Shown: positions 1 through 9,647, counted from the first letter of the stretch. The stretch is DNA of 64,000 bases from an uncultured Candidatus Saccharibacteria bacterium (GCA_964514595.1 CAZEQZ010000001.1:331847-395846); one strand, 5' to 3'. Program-made: numbers and translations. The notes: a model not told the origin generated them from the sequence alone.

Positions 1-231
1 CTTTGTTTTTGGAAAATCAGCTTGAGCAGTATATCCTGCTTCTTCTATTAAATTGTTAATCTCATTTATTAGTTTGTTTTCATCTTCAGATGTATCAAAA
101 GATATCGTTTGATCCTTGTAGTTAGCTTTTAAATTTGAAATACTCTTTAGATTTTTTAGTTTCTGCTCTATATAAATGTCACAAGATGGACAGTGCATAC
201 CTTTGACGTACAGTTTTATGTTTTTTTTCAT
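1..231 (-). CDS. Heavy-metal-associated (HMA) domain protein, partial (runs off window); CopZ-like copper chaperone or N-terminal part of a second metal ATPase
   Basis: Minus-strand ATG at 229-231, then MKKNIKLYVKGMHCPSCDIYIEQKLKNLKSISNLKANYKDQ... The GMHCPSC metal-binding motif is typical of HMA ferredoxin-like domains. There is no stop before position 1. It lies 4 nt downstream of copA on the same strand. Confidence 0.6.
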   Translation of the reverse strand, partial: MKKNIKLYVKGMHCPSCDIYIEQKLKNLKSISNLKANYKDQTISFDTSEDENKLINEINNLIEEAGYTAQADFPKTK

Positions 232-235
232 AAAA

Positions 236-2416
236 TTATAGTTTCAAAATTTTAAGCCTTAATGAGTTCAATACAACTGATATACTACTAAGGGACATGG
301 CTATACCTGCAAAGGCAGGATTAAGAAGTATCCCCCAAAGGGGATAGAATACTCCCATAGCAAGTGGAATACTTAAGACATTATATATGAATGCCCAAAA
401 GAGATTCTGTTTTATAGTGCTCATAACCTGTTTTGCTAGTTTTATGCTTGTGGGTACTCTGTCTAGGTTTCCTCCCAGAATTGTCACATCCGAAGATTCA
501 ATTGCAATATCTGTCCCTGTGGCCATGGAAATCCCCACATCAGCCAGAGCTAGAGCTGGAGCATCATTTATTCCATCCCCAACCATAGCTACAGTAGTTT
601 CTTTCTTTAAATTATTTATGACGGAAGCTTTCTCATTGGGTAAAACATTGGAGTAGTACTCTTTTATCTCTAATTTTTCTGCGATATCTTTAACAATAAT
701 ATCTGCATCTCCACTCAATAATACGGTCTGTACGCCAAGCTCATGTATTTTCTGTATGACTTGTTTAGCCTCTTCTCTTAATTCATCCTCTATCTCAATT
801 TTTGCAAGAATATTTTTTGAATCAGCTAAAATAATTACAGAGGATTTTGAATCTAATTGTTCTTTTAGATGGAGTTTGTCTTTAATAAATTGTATGCTTC
901 CAATATAGTATGTTTTATTATCAATCTCTCCCATAACTCCTTTCCCATCTATATTTTTAAAGTCTGATACGGCTTTACTCTTGATATTTAATTCCTTTGC
1001 ACGCTCATTAATGGCAAAGGCTAAAGGATGTTGAGATTTAGATTCCAAAGAGTATGCTATTTGGATCACTTCGTTCTCAGCAAGTTTGGAGTCGATGTTA
1101 GTTACTCTCGGTTTCCCATATGTTAGAGTTCCTGTTTTATCAAATACTATGGTTTCTACCGTACTGAGCTTTTGTAATTTCTCCACATCTTTTATTAAAA
1201 TACCATTCCTAGCACCCTTGCCAACACCAACTATTACAGCCGTTGGAGTAGCTAATCCTAGAGCACAGGGACATGCAATAACTAATGTTGCAACAAAAGA
1301 TGATATGCCATTACCGATATTGCCACTTAAGATCCAAACAAGTAAAGAAAGAGATGCTAATACTAGTACAATTGGAACAAACACTCTTGAAATTTTATCT
1401 ACCAACTTCTCTATGGGTGCCCTACTGTTTTGTGCCTGTTCCACTAGCTTGATGATGTTAGCTAACATAGTATCTTTTCCTATTTTTGTAGCCTTTATTT
1501 TTATATATCCTTGCTTATTTAGTGTACCAGCGAAGACAGAATCTCCTAATTTCTTTAAAACAGGAATGGATTCCCCTGTAAGCATAGATTGATCTATTAG
1601 GGCTTTCCCTTCTACTATCTCTCCATCAATAGGTATTTTAGCTCCTGGTTTGACTACTAAGATATCGGATTTTTGAATCTTATCTATCTCTATCTCTATT
1701 TCTTTTTGATCTTTGTATAAAATAGCTGTTTTAGATTGTAATTCAAAAAGCTCTTTTATTGCACTTCCAGTAGATACTCTGGATTTCTCTTCTAAATACT
1801 TCCCCCATATAACAAATCCTTTTATGATGATAATTGCCTCGAAATATGTCGTATTATCAAGGATATTATCCATACCCAGATATCTAAGAAGCAAGATAAT
1901 GATGCTGTATATATATGCAGCAACGGTACCTAAACCTATTAAAGTATTCATATCGGCACCTTTGCCTGTTATGAAGTTGTGTAGCCCTTTAAAGAATGGT
2001 TTCCCTGCTATTATTAATATAATCGTGGTGACAAAGAAAAGTATCTCGTCTAAATAAGGGAGATGTAGTTCATATTGATCTCCTATTATTTTGACTACGA
2101 ATATATCCCATACCATCATTAAGAAAAGAAAAAATGCGAATGGAAGAATAAAGGTTAGCTTTCGTCTTTCTCCTTTTAAATATTTACTATCATCCTCCTT
2201 ATTCTTAGTGATAATTAGATAACCTAAATCTTTTATTTCCCTTTTGAAATCATCGATGTTTACCTTGTTCTCATCGTATTCCAGTTCGATGGTTTTTGTA
2301 GAGTAGTTCACCTCTACATTTTTTACTCCTTCAAGTGAGGCTATTCTGTCCTTTATGTTTATTGCACAGGTTGTACAGTGCATACCCTCTATTTTTTCTG
2401 TCAATTTTTTCATCAA
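236..2416 (-). CDS. copA: Copper-translocating P-type ATPase (P1B-type)
   Basis: N-terminal HMA motif GMHCTTC; transmembrane CPC motif (IACPCALG); phosphorylation motif DKTGTLT; hinge GDGINDAPAL. Length 726 aa. Confidence 0.9.
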   Translation of the reverse strand: MMKKLTEKIEGMHCTTCAINIKDRIASLEGVKNVEVNYSTKTIELEYDENKVNIDDFKREIKDLGYLIITKNKEDDSKYLKGERRKLTFILPFAFFLFLMMVWDIFVVKIIGDQYELHLPYLDEILFFVTTIILIIAGKPFFKGLHNFITGKGADMNTLIGLGTVAAYIYSIIILLLRYLGMDNILDNTTYFEAIIIIKGFVIWGKYLEEKSRVSTGSAIKELFELQSKTAILYKDQKEIEIEIDKIQKSDILVVKPGAKIPIDGEIVEGKALIDQSMLTGESIPVLKKLGDSVFAGTLNKQGYIKIKATKIGKDTMLANIIKLVEQAQNSRAPIEKLVDKISRVFVPIVLVLASLSLLVWILSGNIGNGISSFVATLVIACPCALGLATPTAVIVGVGKGARNGILIKDVEKLQKLSTVETIVFDKTGTLTYGKPRVTNIDSKLAENEVIQIAYSLESKSQHPLAFAINERAKELNIKSKAVSDFKNIDGKGVMGEIDNKTYYIGSIQFIKDKLHLKEQLDSKSSVIILADSKNILAKIEIEDELREEAKQVIQKIHELGVQTVLLSGDADIIVKDIAEKLEIKEYYSNVLPNEKASVINNLKKETTVAMVGDGINDAPALALADVGISMATGTDIAIESSDVTILGGNLDRVPTSIKLAKQVMSTIKQNLFWAFIYNVLSIPLAMGVFYPLWGILLNPAFAGIAMSLSSISVVLNSLRLKILKL

Positions 2417-2420
2417 GGTA

Positions 2421-2828
2421 TTAAATAAATTTAATAATGAAGGTATACATACCCATACTACATGTCCCTAACATATCTTTATTTGGTGATCCCAACTCAA
2501 AAAGAGTTTTTCCATTATTAGGAAGTTCTTCGTATATATTTAAAGAAGGAATTTGAAATGCTCTTTCACAGCCGTATGAATTAATAGATTCAATTTCTAG
2601 GACAGAAGGAGTGTTAGATTTTGCATATATAATTTTTGGAGAATATCCTCCCATCTTTGATATTACCTTTATTTTTTGAATACCACCTTCCATAACCACA
2701 TTCTCAGAAATTCCAAAAGTCTCTGTTTTAGAATTAGATTTTCTTTTCGCATAAGAGAAAGCAAAAATTACAATAAAAATTGCAAAGAGAATGGATAGGG
2801 TTGTAAATAAAGTTTTTGTATTGCTCAT
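2421..2828 (-). CDS. Small N-terminally membrane-anchored protein, possibly metal-binding (Cys/Met-rich C-terminus GTCSMGMY), apparently co-transcribed with copA
   Basis: 135-aa ORF ending 5 nt before the copA start. N-terminal hydrophobic helix. Met-x-Met and Cys residues near the C-terminus. No confident family assignment. Confidence 0.3.
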   Translation of the reverse strand: MSNTKTLFTTLSILFAIFIVIFAFSYAKRKSNSKTETFGISENVVMEGGIQKIKVISKMGGYSPKIIYAKSNTPSVLEIESINSYGCERAFQIPSLNIYEELPNNGKTLFELGSPNKDMLGTCSMGMYTFIIKFI

Positions 2829-2888
2829 ATACCTAAATATAGGTATATATTACTACTTTAAAACGAAATGTCAATATAGATTGACGAA

Positions 2889-3299
2889 CTATTTGGTCTC
2901 GAATCTAACGATCGCTTCTTCGCTAGCTAAGAATTCTCCCTCTTCATATACCTCCTGTATCACTTGGATGCAGACCATATCTTCAGATGGAAGTGTAATG
3001 GTTGATCTAACAATAACTTGCTCAGGGAAGCTCTCCATAACTATAGCTTCAGTCTTAATCTCATAGCATGGATTAGGAAGTGTACCAGTTATGATATATT
3101 CCCATCTGTTATCTCCCACATATTCATATTCGAAATTAAGATTCTCCCCTATACTGTCATCCAAAATTATTGTGTCTCCAATATCTATCGTATTGTCTTG
3201 CTCATGATTAGTATATAAGTAGTATAATAAACCTCCTGCTAGTATCAATACGACTAAAAGAATTCCTATTCCTAATATATTTTTTCGTCCCATGATCAT
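2889..3299 (-). CDS. Hypothetical membrane-anchored protein
   Basis: 136-aa ORF with an N-terminal TM helix (ILGIGILLVVLILAGGLLYYL) and an acidic extracellular domain. No recognisable motif. Confidence 0.4.
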   Translation of the reverse strand: MIMGRKNILGIGILLVVLILAGGLLYYLYTNHEQDNTIDIGDTIILDDSIGENLNFEYEYVGDNRWEYIITGTLPNPCYEIKTEAIVMESFPEQVIVRSTITLPSEDMVCIQVIQEVYEEGEFLASEEAIVRFETK

Positions 3300-3311
3300 C
3301 GGGTATTTAAA

Positions 3312-3962
3312 TTATTTAGCTACTTTATCTACAGGGACTACAACTATTTCCCCATTGCTTTTTCTATTCTTCACTTTTAGTAGTAGTACAACCCAAACAC
3401 TTGCTAATATCATGACTACCCCTACCCCTCTCATGGCCCAGTCAAAATAGATATCCCCTAGATTAGCTACAAACCCAATTAATGCACTAAACAGCGCTGT
3501 TGAAATACTAATAACGGTTTCATAGAAACCGTATTGAAATCCCTCTTGCCCCTTATCTAAATTTAGTGCAAATAGTTTCCTCCAATTAGGGAGATTAAAT
3601 GATACTCCTAAACCGAAAATAAATTGCAAAACATAGTATTGAAATGCTTGAGAAATTAATGGATAGAAAAGAAACGGTATACCCATTAATACAATTCCAA
3701 GTACAAGAAGTATTATTTCATCTTTGTCGTTTTCTAACTTATCTGTTAAATGTCCTATTGGCATTTGAAATAGTGCTCTTGTTAGAAAGTATATGCCTGT
3801 TCCAATACCTACAAAACTAACCGTATCCTGTCCAAGGCGTGTGGAGAGATATAATCCAGAAAGATTAGCAATTATTATAAAAGGACCCCATACAAATGTG
3901 TCAGAGAGGGTTAGGAGTAGAATAACTTTATTAAAATTCTTTAACATATCTAAACGATACAT
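3312..3962 (-). CDS. Polytopic membrane protein (MFS-like half-transporter?)
   Basis: ORF with about 6 predicted TM segments. I place the start at the internal Met (MYRLDMLKNF) because the longer ORF would overlap the divergent start at 4003. Confidence 0.35.
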   Translation of the reverse strand: MYRLDMLKNFNKVILLLTLSDTFVWGPFIIIANLSGLYLSTRLGQDTVSFVGIGTGIYFLTRALFQMPIGHLTDKLENDKDEIILLVLGIVLMGIPFLFYPLISQAFQYYVLQFIFGLGVSFNLPNWRKLFALNLDKGQEGFQYGFYETVISISTALFSALIGFVANLGDIYFDWAMRGVGVVMILASVWVVLLLKVKNRKSNGEIVVVPVDKVAK

Positions 3963-4002
3963 TGTTGGAATATATATTTCAATATGGTAAATTAAATATA
4001 GT

Positions 4003-5625
4003 ATGAACATCTTTGACTCTAGTTATTTACAAATAGCACTTGGACTTATATCGGCCCTAGTACTATTTCTCTATGCTATTGATAACTTAAGTAAAGAGCT
4101 ACAACAGTTAGCATCTGAAGATTTTAGAAAAGTTATATCCAAAATAGTTAGAAACAAAGTAACAGGAACTGTGGTTGGAGCATTGGCTACTGGAGTTACT
4201 CAATCTAGCTCTGCAGTAACTGTTATAGCTGTGGTATTAGTAAATACCGGAATCATTTCTTTCAGAAATAGTTTAGGAATAATATTTGGTAGTAATATTG
4301 GTACCACTATTACAGCGCAATTAGCTCTTGTTAATTCGGCGGTTGTAGCTTCCATTCTAATAATCTTTGGTTTTGTATTAGGATTACTAGGAAAAAAGTT
4401 TAAGCTTGTAAGTAAGCCAGTATTTTTCTTAGGTTTAATACTTTTTACACTTAACCTACTCTCATCTAGTATAGAACCGTTAAAAAATAACCCAGCTGTA
4501 ATGAATCTGTTTACGCATATGTCTAATCCCTTACTAGCATATGTAGTAAGTGGACTATTTACAATGATAATACATTCTAGTTCTATCACATCGGGTATTG
4601 TAGTTATATTAGCACAGGGAGGAATAATTCCCATAGAAGTAGCCATCCCAATGATATTGGGAGCGAATATAGGATCAAGTATTACCGCATTAGTTGCATC
4701 CTCTAGGTTAAATCTATATGCAAAAAGGGCTGGTTTTGCTAATTTTCTTTTCAATTTACTGGGAACAATTGTAGCAATGATCCTTCTTACTCCATTTGTA
4801 TCTTTTATGCAATTGATATTTGACAATGTAGCTCAACAGGCAGCCTTTGCACATCTGTTTTTTAATCTTTTTAATACAATCCTATTCTTATTAATTCTCA
4901 AATCATTTGAGGAATTAGTTATCAAATTGATCAAGGGTGAGGAAGAGGAGATCCTTTTCAGGACCAAATATATCCAAAGAAATGGGAAGAGGAAACTGCA
5001 AGAGAGGATAGAGGATATTAAAAAGGAGTTAGCATACGCCATTGAGAATACTATTAGGATATATCAGAAGGGCATATCCATATTCTACAATCCAAGTGGT
5101 TTAACAGTAATGGATATTCAAAAATTAGAGACATTAAATGACTATCTAGATGACGAAATAACAGCAAGTATAGTTTCTTTATCTAAATACAAACTTACTG
5201 AAACAGATGCGCAGAAGACAGTTACATTAGTTAAGGTTTCCAATACTATTGAACAGCTAGGAGATTTAGGTACTGATTTTTCCGAGGTATTTTTGCGTAT
5301 GCATGATTTGGGTATACAGAAAAAAGATGTTGATATTGAGAGATTAACAGATATACATAATAGATTAATAGAATTGTTTAAGGATATTGAGGCGGTTATA
5401 CAGAATCCTGTGGAAAAGGAGCTGTTAGATATTAAGACAAAAGAAGAAGAGATATATGCATTGATTAGGAGTGAATTTGATATTCATGTCAATAGATTGC
5501 AGGAAGATGATAAATATAATGGGAATATATTTGTAGATGCAGTATCTATAATAGAGCTTAGTGTGTCTAAGGTAAGGGATATTAGGAAGGTGCTTCTGAA
5601 ATTTGTAAGGGATTTTCCTAACTAA
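4003..5625 (+). CDS. Na+/phosphate symporter family protein (NptA/YjbB-like) with C-terminal PhoU-like domain
   Basis: Two QSSSA-type repeats (VTQSSSAVTVIAV and IHSSSITSGIVVILAQ) typical of Na/Pi cotransporter II-related proteins. Long helical C-terminal domain resembling PhoU. Confidence 0.7.
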   Translation: MNIFDSSYLQIALGLISALVLFLYAIDNLSKELQQLASEDFRKVISKIVRNKVTGTVVGALATGVTQSSSAVTVIAVVLVNTGIISFRNSLGIIFGSNIGTTITAQLALVNSAVVASILIIFGFVLGLLGKKFKLVSKPVFFLGLILFTLNLLSSSIEPLKNNPAVMNLFTHMSNPLLAYVVSGLFTMIIHSSSITSGIVVILAQGGIIPIEVAIPMILGANIGSSITALVASSRLNLYAKRAGFANFLFNLLGTIVAMILLTPFVSFMQLIFDNVAQQAAFAHLFFNLFNTILFLLILKSFEELVIKLIKGEEEEILFRTKYIQRNGKRKLQERIEDIKKELAYAIENTIRIYQKGISIFYNPSGLTVMDIQKLETLNDYLDDEITASIVSLSKYKLTETDAQKTVTLVKVSNTIEQLGDLGTDFSEVFLRMHDLGIQKKDVDIERLTDIHNRLIELFKDIEAVIQNPVEKELLDIKTKEEEIYALIRSEFDIHVNRLQEDDKYNGNIFVDAVSIIELSVSKVRDIRKVLLKFVRDFPN

Positions 5626-6326
5626 AATATATTTCTTAACTCTCTAATATCTGTTATCTCTTTATATTTGTTATTCAACGGATCTTGTTTAAATCTATGC
5701 CAGTTTCCTCTAGGTATATATATTGCATCAATATCTAAATTGAGAGCAGGATTAATATCTGTTCTCATTGAGTTTCCTATCATACATATATTTTCCGCAC
5801 CAAACTTATTCTTTAACTTAGTAAGTGGTTTACATTTATCATAGCTTTCGTAATGTACATAATCAAAATATTTTATTAATTTACTCACAGTTAATTTTCT
5901 TCTTTGAATCTGTTCAAGTCCAAGAGTAACAACATGCATCTCATATCCTTTCTCCTTCAAATCTGTTACAGTTTCTATAACTCCTGGGATTACGAAATAT
6001 GGAGGATCATAATTAGAAAGAATCAAAGATTCTATTAAACTTTTAGTATGCTCCCTAACAGGTAGTCCAATATCCCTTGCAAACCACTCATATGCCTTAA
6101 CCCAAGCGTTTGCTACTCTAAGTGGAGTGTACAGTTTATGTTTCGGCCATGTATCCCATGTACCATTTTCAATCTCTCTTGCTTTTTTAAGAATATCATC
6201 TATCTGTGGGCTTCTAGTTTCCAACGAATTAATAATTGCCTTAATACAATCACAGAAAGTTAATTCAAATTTATAGTTGTCATCTATCAATGTGTCATCT
6301 AGATCAAAACATAGTATTTTTTTCAT
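5622..6326 (-). CDS. HAD-superfamily hydrolase
   Basis: N-terminal DxDxT motif (ILCFDLDDTLIDD). 234 aa. Adjacent to murB on the same strand with a 1-nt gap. Confidence 0.6.
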   Translation of the reverse strand: MKKILCFDLDDTLIDDNYKFELTFCDCIKAIINSLETRSPQIDDILKKAREIENGTWDTWPKHKLYTPLRVANAWVKAYEWFARDIGLPVREHTKSLIESLILSNYDPPYFVIPGVIETVTDLKEKGYEMHVVTLGLEQIQRRKLTVSKLIKYFDYVHYESYDKCKPLTKLKNKFGAENICMIGNSMRTDINPALNLDIDAIYIPRGNWHRFKQDPLNNKYKEITDIRELRNIF

Positions 6327-6327
6327 A

Positions 6328-7410
6328 TTAGTTTGAAATAATATTAACTTCAGGTTCCAATTCTATATCGTATTTATCCTTAACATCTTTTTGCATTGAA
6401 TTAATAAATTCTATAACTTCTTCTCCAACTGCTTTTTTGTTTGTAACTACACAAAGTGCATGTTTCTCAGATACTCCAACATTTCCACACCACTTCCCCT
6501 TCCAACCTAATTCATCCAATAATCTTCCTGCCGGTATTTTAACTAAATCATCATCTTTGAACTGACTTGCATCGCTTAGATCATATCTTAAATCTTCAGA
6601 TGGATAGCATTGAAGGTCAGGGATTTTTTTAAGGAGTTCCTTGTATTTACTATACGTAACTAATGGATTTGTGAAAAAGCTTCCACAAGTACCATACTCA
6701 TCTACGCTAGGAAGTCTCTTTGTCCTTTGTCTAAAAACTGCTTTCATGACATCTTGTATGCTGTATGGCTCTTTTGCAAAGGATTCTAATTCCTCTTTTA
6801 AAGATCCATATCGTCCAGATCTTTCATGATAGCTAAGCTCAAACTCCTTTGTATTCTTTCTAAGTTTAAATGTAGCTGATGTGATTATATATTTATTCCT
6901 CCATTCTTTTTTAAAGATACTACTTCGGTATTTGTAATCACAATCCTTTGGATCGTATTTTTGTAGTTTAAGTGTATCTATCTCTAATGCTTCTATTTCT
7001 TCAAGAGTATCCGTAATGCTTTGTCCATATGCTCCTATATTTTGTGCAACTGCTCCCCCTACTGTTCCAGGTATAAAGACTAAATTTTCAATTCCAGCCC
7101 AATCCTTTTTAACAGCATATCTGACAAGTTTGTCCCAATCTTCTCCTGCAGATACCTTTATGTATATATTTTGATCATCTTCTTTTATTATCTTCTTTCC
7201 TTTAAAATCTATTTTAAGTACTAATCCCTCCCAATCTGTTAACAGAAGTGTATTGCTTCCTCCTCCTAGTATTAATATTTTTTCGTCTTTATATTTCTGT
7301 AATATGGATATACACTGTTTAACACTTTTCACATTAGCAAAGTATTTTGCTTTCACATCAATACAAAAGGTGTTGTATTTTTTAAGAGAGTAGTCCTTCT
7401 TTACATTCAT
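6328..7410 (-). CDS. murB: UDP-N-acetylenolpyruvoylglucosamine reductase
   Basis: FAD-binding PCMH-type domain motifs (ILGGGSNTLL, FIPGTVGGAVAQNIGAYG). MurB-like C-terminal substrate domain. 360 aa. Confidence 0.8.
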   Translation of the reverse strand: MNVKKDYSLKKYNTFCIDVKAKYFANVKSVKQCISILQKYKDEKILILGGGSNTLLLTDWEGLVLKIDFKGKKIIKEDDQNIYIKVSAGEDWDKLVRYAVKKDWAGIENLVFIPGTVGGAVAQNIGAYGQSITDTLEEIEALEIDTLKLQKYDPKDCDYKYRSSIFKKEWRNKYIITSATFKLRKNTKEFELSYHERSGRYGSLKEELESFAKEPYSIQDVMKAVFRQRTKRLPSVDEYGTCGSFFTNPLVTYSKYKELLKKIPDLQCYPSEDLRYDLSDASQFKDDDLVKIPAGRLLDELGWKGKWCGNVGVSEKHALCVVTNKKAVGEEVIEFINSMQKDVKDKYDIELEPEVNIISN

Positions 7411-7517
7411 TTATATATGTTAACAAATTTAGTTAAGTATTACAGCCTATTTACTATGGGGCTGTCGGGGTAGTATAATTTGTTGTTCTATTAAAACTAA
7501 AAAAAGGAGAAGGAAAA

Positions 7518-7760
7518 GTGGATATAATGGTTATGATTTTAGCTATAGTAGCAGGAGTGTTTCTGGCCGGAGGGTTTCTGAAGATAAATTCTTTGGAAAG
7601 AAGATTGCTAGGATGCTTCCACATGTATCTGGGTGGAGCTTTTCTTGCTATGATGGTTCTTCTGGGGCTAAAGGTGTCTATAAAGACAGGATTTTTAATT
7701 CTGTTTATATATCTGATAGTCTTGTCGGTACCATTCTCAAGGATGCTCTCAAAAAAATAA
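7518..7760 (+). CDS. Small hydrophobic membrane protein (GTG start)
   Basis: 80-aa ORF with two TM helices. AGGAG Shine-Dalgarno 8 nt upstream of GTG. Promoter-like TTTACT-18-TATAAT at 7450-7479 upstream. Confidence 0.3.
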   Translation: MDIMVMILAIVAGVFLAGGFLKINSLERRLLGCFHMYLGGAFLAMMVLLGLKVSIKTGFLILFIYLIVLSVPFSRMLSKK

Positions 7761-7812
7761 TAGAACATGGGCGATTTGATCGTTTCAATACACATATCAC
7801 TTCGCCCAAGTT

Positions 7813-8823
7813 CTACCTTAGTAGATCTCCAATAGATTTTCTTCTATTTATCCTATATATTGTCTCTGCAAAATATTTAGCAATAGATACCTCCTTAAAC
7901 CATTTATTCTCCCTTAAAAATTCTTTTGTATGATATGTGGCATTTGTACCTATAACCATATCTAAAATTCCTTGCTTATGAAGATTAGTAAAGCTCTCTA
8001 CCGCATTTCCATTTAGCAATGCTAAGGTACATACAGCTACGATTTTCTTAGCTTCCAACTTATGTGCCTTCTCTATGGTATTAATTAATGTCCCTCCTGT
8101 ATCTATCATGTCATCTATAACGTATATATCTTTTCCTTTAATATCGCCCAATATTTCAATATTTTCGATACAATTTGGTTTACTATAATTTCTCTTTTTG
8201 TATGAGAAAGCTATATCAGTATGAAGATTTTGTGCGTAGTAGTTTGCTCTTTTAGCTCCACCTAAATCAGTTGGCATAATAACTGTTCTTTTAGGATTTT
8301 TGATTAATTTGTTTAAATACGGTTTTAATACATACCCACCTCTTAAATTATCTATCTTAGCTTTTCTAAAGAATCCTTGTATAGCGGTATTATGTAGATC
8401 TATTGTGATTAGATGATCAACTCCCATCTCTCCTTCTAATTCCCATGCTACTCTTGCCGCAGTTATACCATCTCTTCCATCCTGTTTATCTTGCCTAGCA
8501 TATGGGTATGAAGGTATTACAGCTGTAATTCTTTCAGCATCACATCTTCTACATGCATCTATGGTTGTGTATAGGGCTCTTAGATTTTGATCAACTGTCA
8601 TACCCTCTGTATGGTTCTCAACATCCTGTATTATATATACCTCTCTTCCTCTTATACTTTCATCAATAACGGTTTTAATTTCAGTATTAGCAAAGTGTAC
8701 TTGTGATGATTTTATAAGGTGTATGTCTTTTGTAGTTTTTTTGCACAACTCTTTTACTATTTTCTTAGCTAATGGTATTCCTGATTCACAGGTGAGTATG
8801 GATAGTGGTGCTCTGGGTATCAT
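7813..8823 (-). CDS. prs: Ribose-phosphate pyrophosphokinase (PRPP synthetase)
   Basis: PRPP-binding motif DDMIDTGGTL. Conserved PYARQD. Overall PRS-family organisation. 336 aa. Confidence 0.9.
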   Translation of the reverse strand: MIPRAPLSILTCESGIPLAKKIVKELCKKTTKDIHLIKSSQVHFANTEIKTVIDESIRGREVYIIQDVENHTEGMTVDQNLRALYTTIDACRRCDAERITAVIPSYPYARQDKQDGRDGITAARVAWELEGEMGVDHLITIDLHNTAIQGFFRKAKIDNLRGGYVLKPYLNKLIKNPKRTVIMPTDLGGAKRANYYAQNLHTDIAFSYKKRNYSKPNCIENIEILGDIKGKDIYVIDDMIDTGGTLINTIEKAHKLEAKKIVAVCTLALLNGNAVESFTNLHKQGILDMVIGTNATYHTKEFLRENKWFKEVSIAKYFAETIYRINRRKSIGDLLR

Positions 8824-8888
8824 GTTCTTGATAATTGAAAAATAATACCTTTCATATTACCTTATAGTTTTAATTTTGTAAAAAGAAT

Positions 8889-8928
8889 GTCAATGTGAAT
8901 TGACCAGGTGTTTTTAAAAAGGTATAAT
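8889..8928 (+). promoter_or_regulatory. Sigma-70-type promoter (TTGACC-17-TATAAT) overlapped by a perfect inverted repeat GTCAAT-gtga-ATTGAC, an operator-like site
   Basis: -35 at 8900-8905, -10 at 8923-8928, spacing 17 nt. The palindrome at 8889-8904 overlaps the -35. It lies about 115 nt upstream of the first LAETG-protein gene. Confidence 0.4.
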
Positions 8929-9042
8929 TAAATAGGTTATCAAGGACTATGATCTTTCTTGTAGTAGTGGTTGCCGGAAAGAAAGGGAGTCAATGGCAAA
9001 ACCGATTGATAATAATAATTAAATTATTATTATTTAATCGAT

Positions 9043-9615
9043 ATGAAAGAAAAATATTTATTTTTTCTCACTGTTTCATTACTGTTCTTGGGGCTATCCC
9101 TTTTTTCACCTTTAAGGGTGAATGCGCAACCTGCTGACAAGATTAATATTTGTCATGCAACAGCAGCGCATAATAATCCATATATAACAAATAATGTTGA
9201 TAAAAATGCTACTGCAGGCGGACATGATGGTCATACGGGACCTATCTGGTTTGAGGGGATACAGGAAACTTGGGGAGATATTATACCTCCATATGAATTT
9301 GATGGAGGATCATTTTCAGGTTTAAACTGGACTGCTATGGGGGAAGCAATATGGGAGAATGGTTGTAATATTCCAGACCCTGTAGATGAAGAACCGGAGG
9401 AACCGGAAGAGGAGCCAGAAGAACCAATTGAAGAAGAGGAAGATGAAGAAGAGGTAGCGGGAGTAACAGATGATGACGAAGAGGTGCTTGGTACAACCGT
9501 TGTATTAGCAGAAACAGGGGCTTCAGGTAGTATATTAGTATATATTGTACAAACTATATTGATGTTAAGTACATTAGTAAGTGGTACATTGTTTGTAAAG
9601 GAATATACAATCTAG
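9043..9615 (+). CDS. Secreted protein with C-terminal LAETG sorting signal (predicted sortase substrate), paralog A
   Basis: Signal peptide MKEKYLFFLTVSLLFLGLSLFSPLRVNA. Conserved N-terminal module ICHAT...GGHDGH...IPPYEF. Acidic EEPEEPEE linker. C-terminus LAETG, then a hydrophobic helix, then KEYTI. Confidence 0.6.
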   Translation: MKEKYLFFLTVSLLFLGLSLFSPLRVNAQPADKINICHATAAHNNPYITNNVDKNATAGGHDGHTGPIWFEGIQETWGDIIPPYEFDGGSFSGLNWTAMGEAIWENGCNIPDPVDEEPEEPEEEPEEPIEEEEDEEEVAGVTDDDEEVLGTTVVLAETGASGSILVYIVQTILMLSTLVSGTLFVKEYTI

Positions 9616-9647
9616 TAGTAACGGGACTGCTGGATATAGTAACAATT

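Noticed and set aside
4200-5042. Antisense ORFs (208 and 69 aa) inside the Na/Pi symporter gene
   Set aside because: They are entirely embedded antisense to a well-supported CDS with conserved QSSSA motifs, which is a typical shadow frame.
7613-7933. 106-aa plus-strand ORF between the small membrane ORF and prs
   Set aside because: It overlaps the 3' end of prs (minus) and the 7518 ORF. It has no RBS or promoter and AT-rich shadow composition.
9007-9030. Perfect AT-only palindrome ATAATAATTAAATTATTATTAT in the 5' UTR of the first LAETG gene
   Set aside because: Low-complexity AT palindromes arise readily in 33%-GC DNA. There is no flanking T-tract or promoter element, so I did not call it a regulatory site.
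8949-9137. 62-aa ORF upstream of and overlapping the first LAETG gene
   Set aside because: It lies inside the mapped 5' UTR and promoter region of the 9043 gene, has odd composition (poly-I, poly-V), and overlaps the 9043 signal-peptide coding region out of frame.
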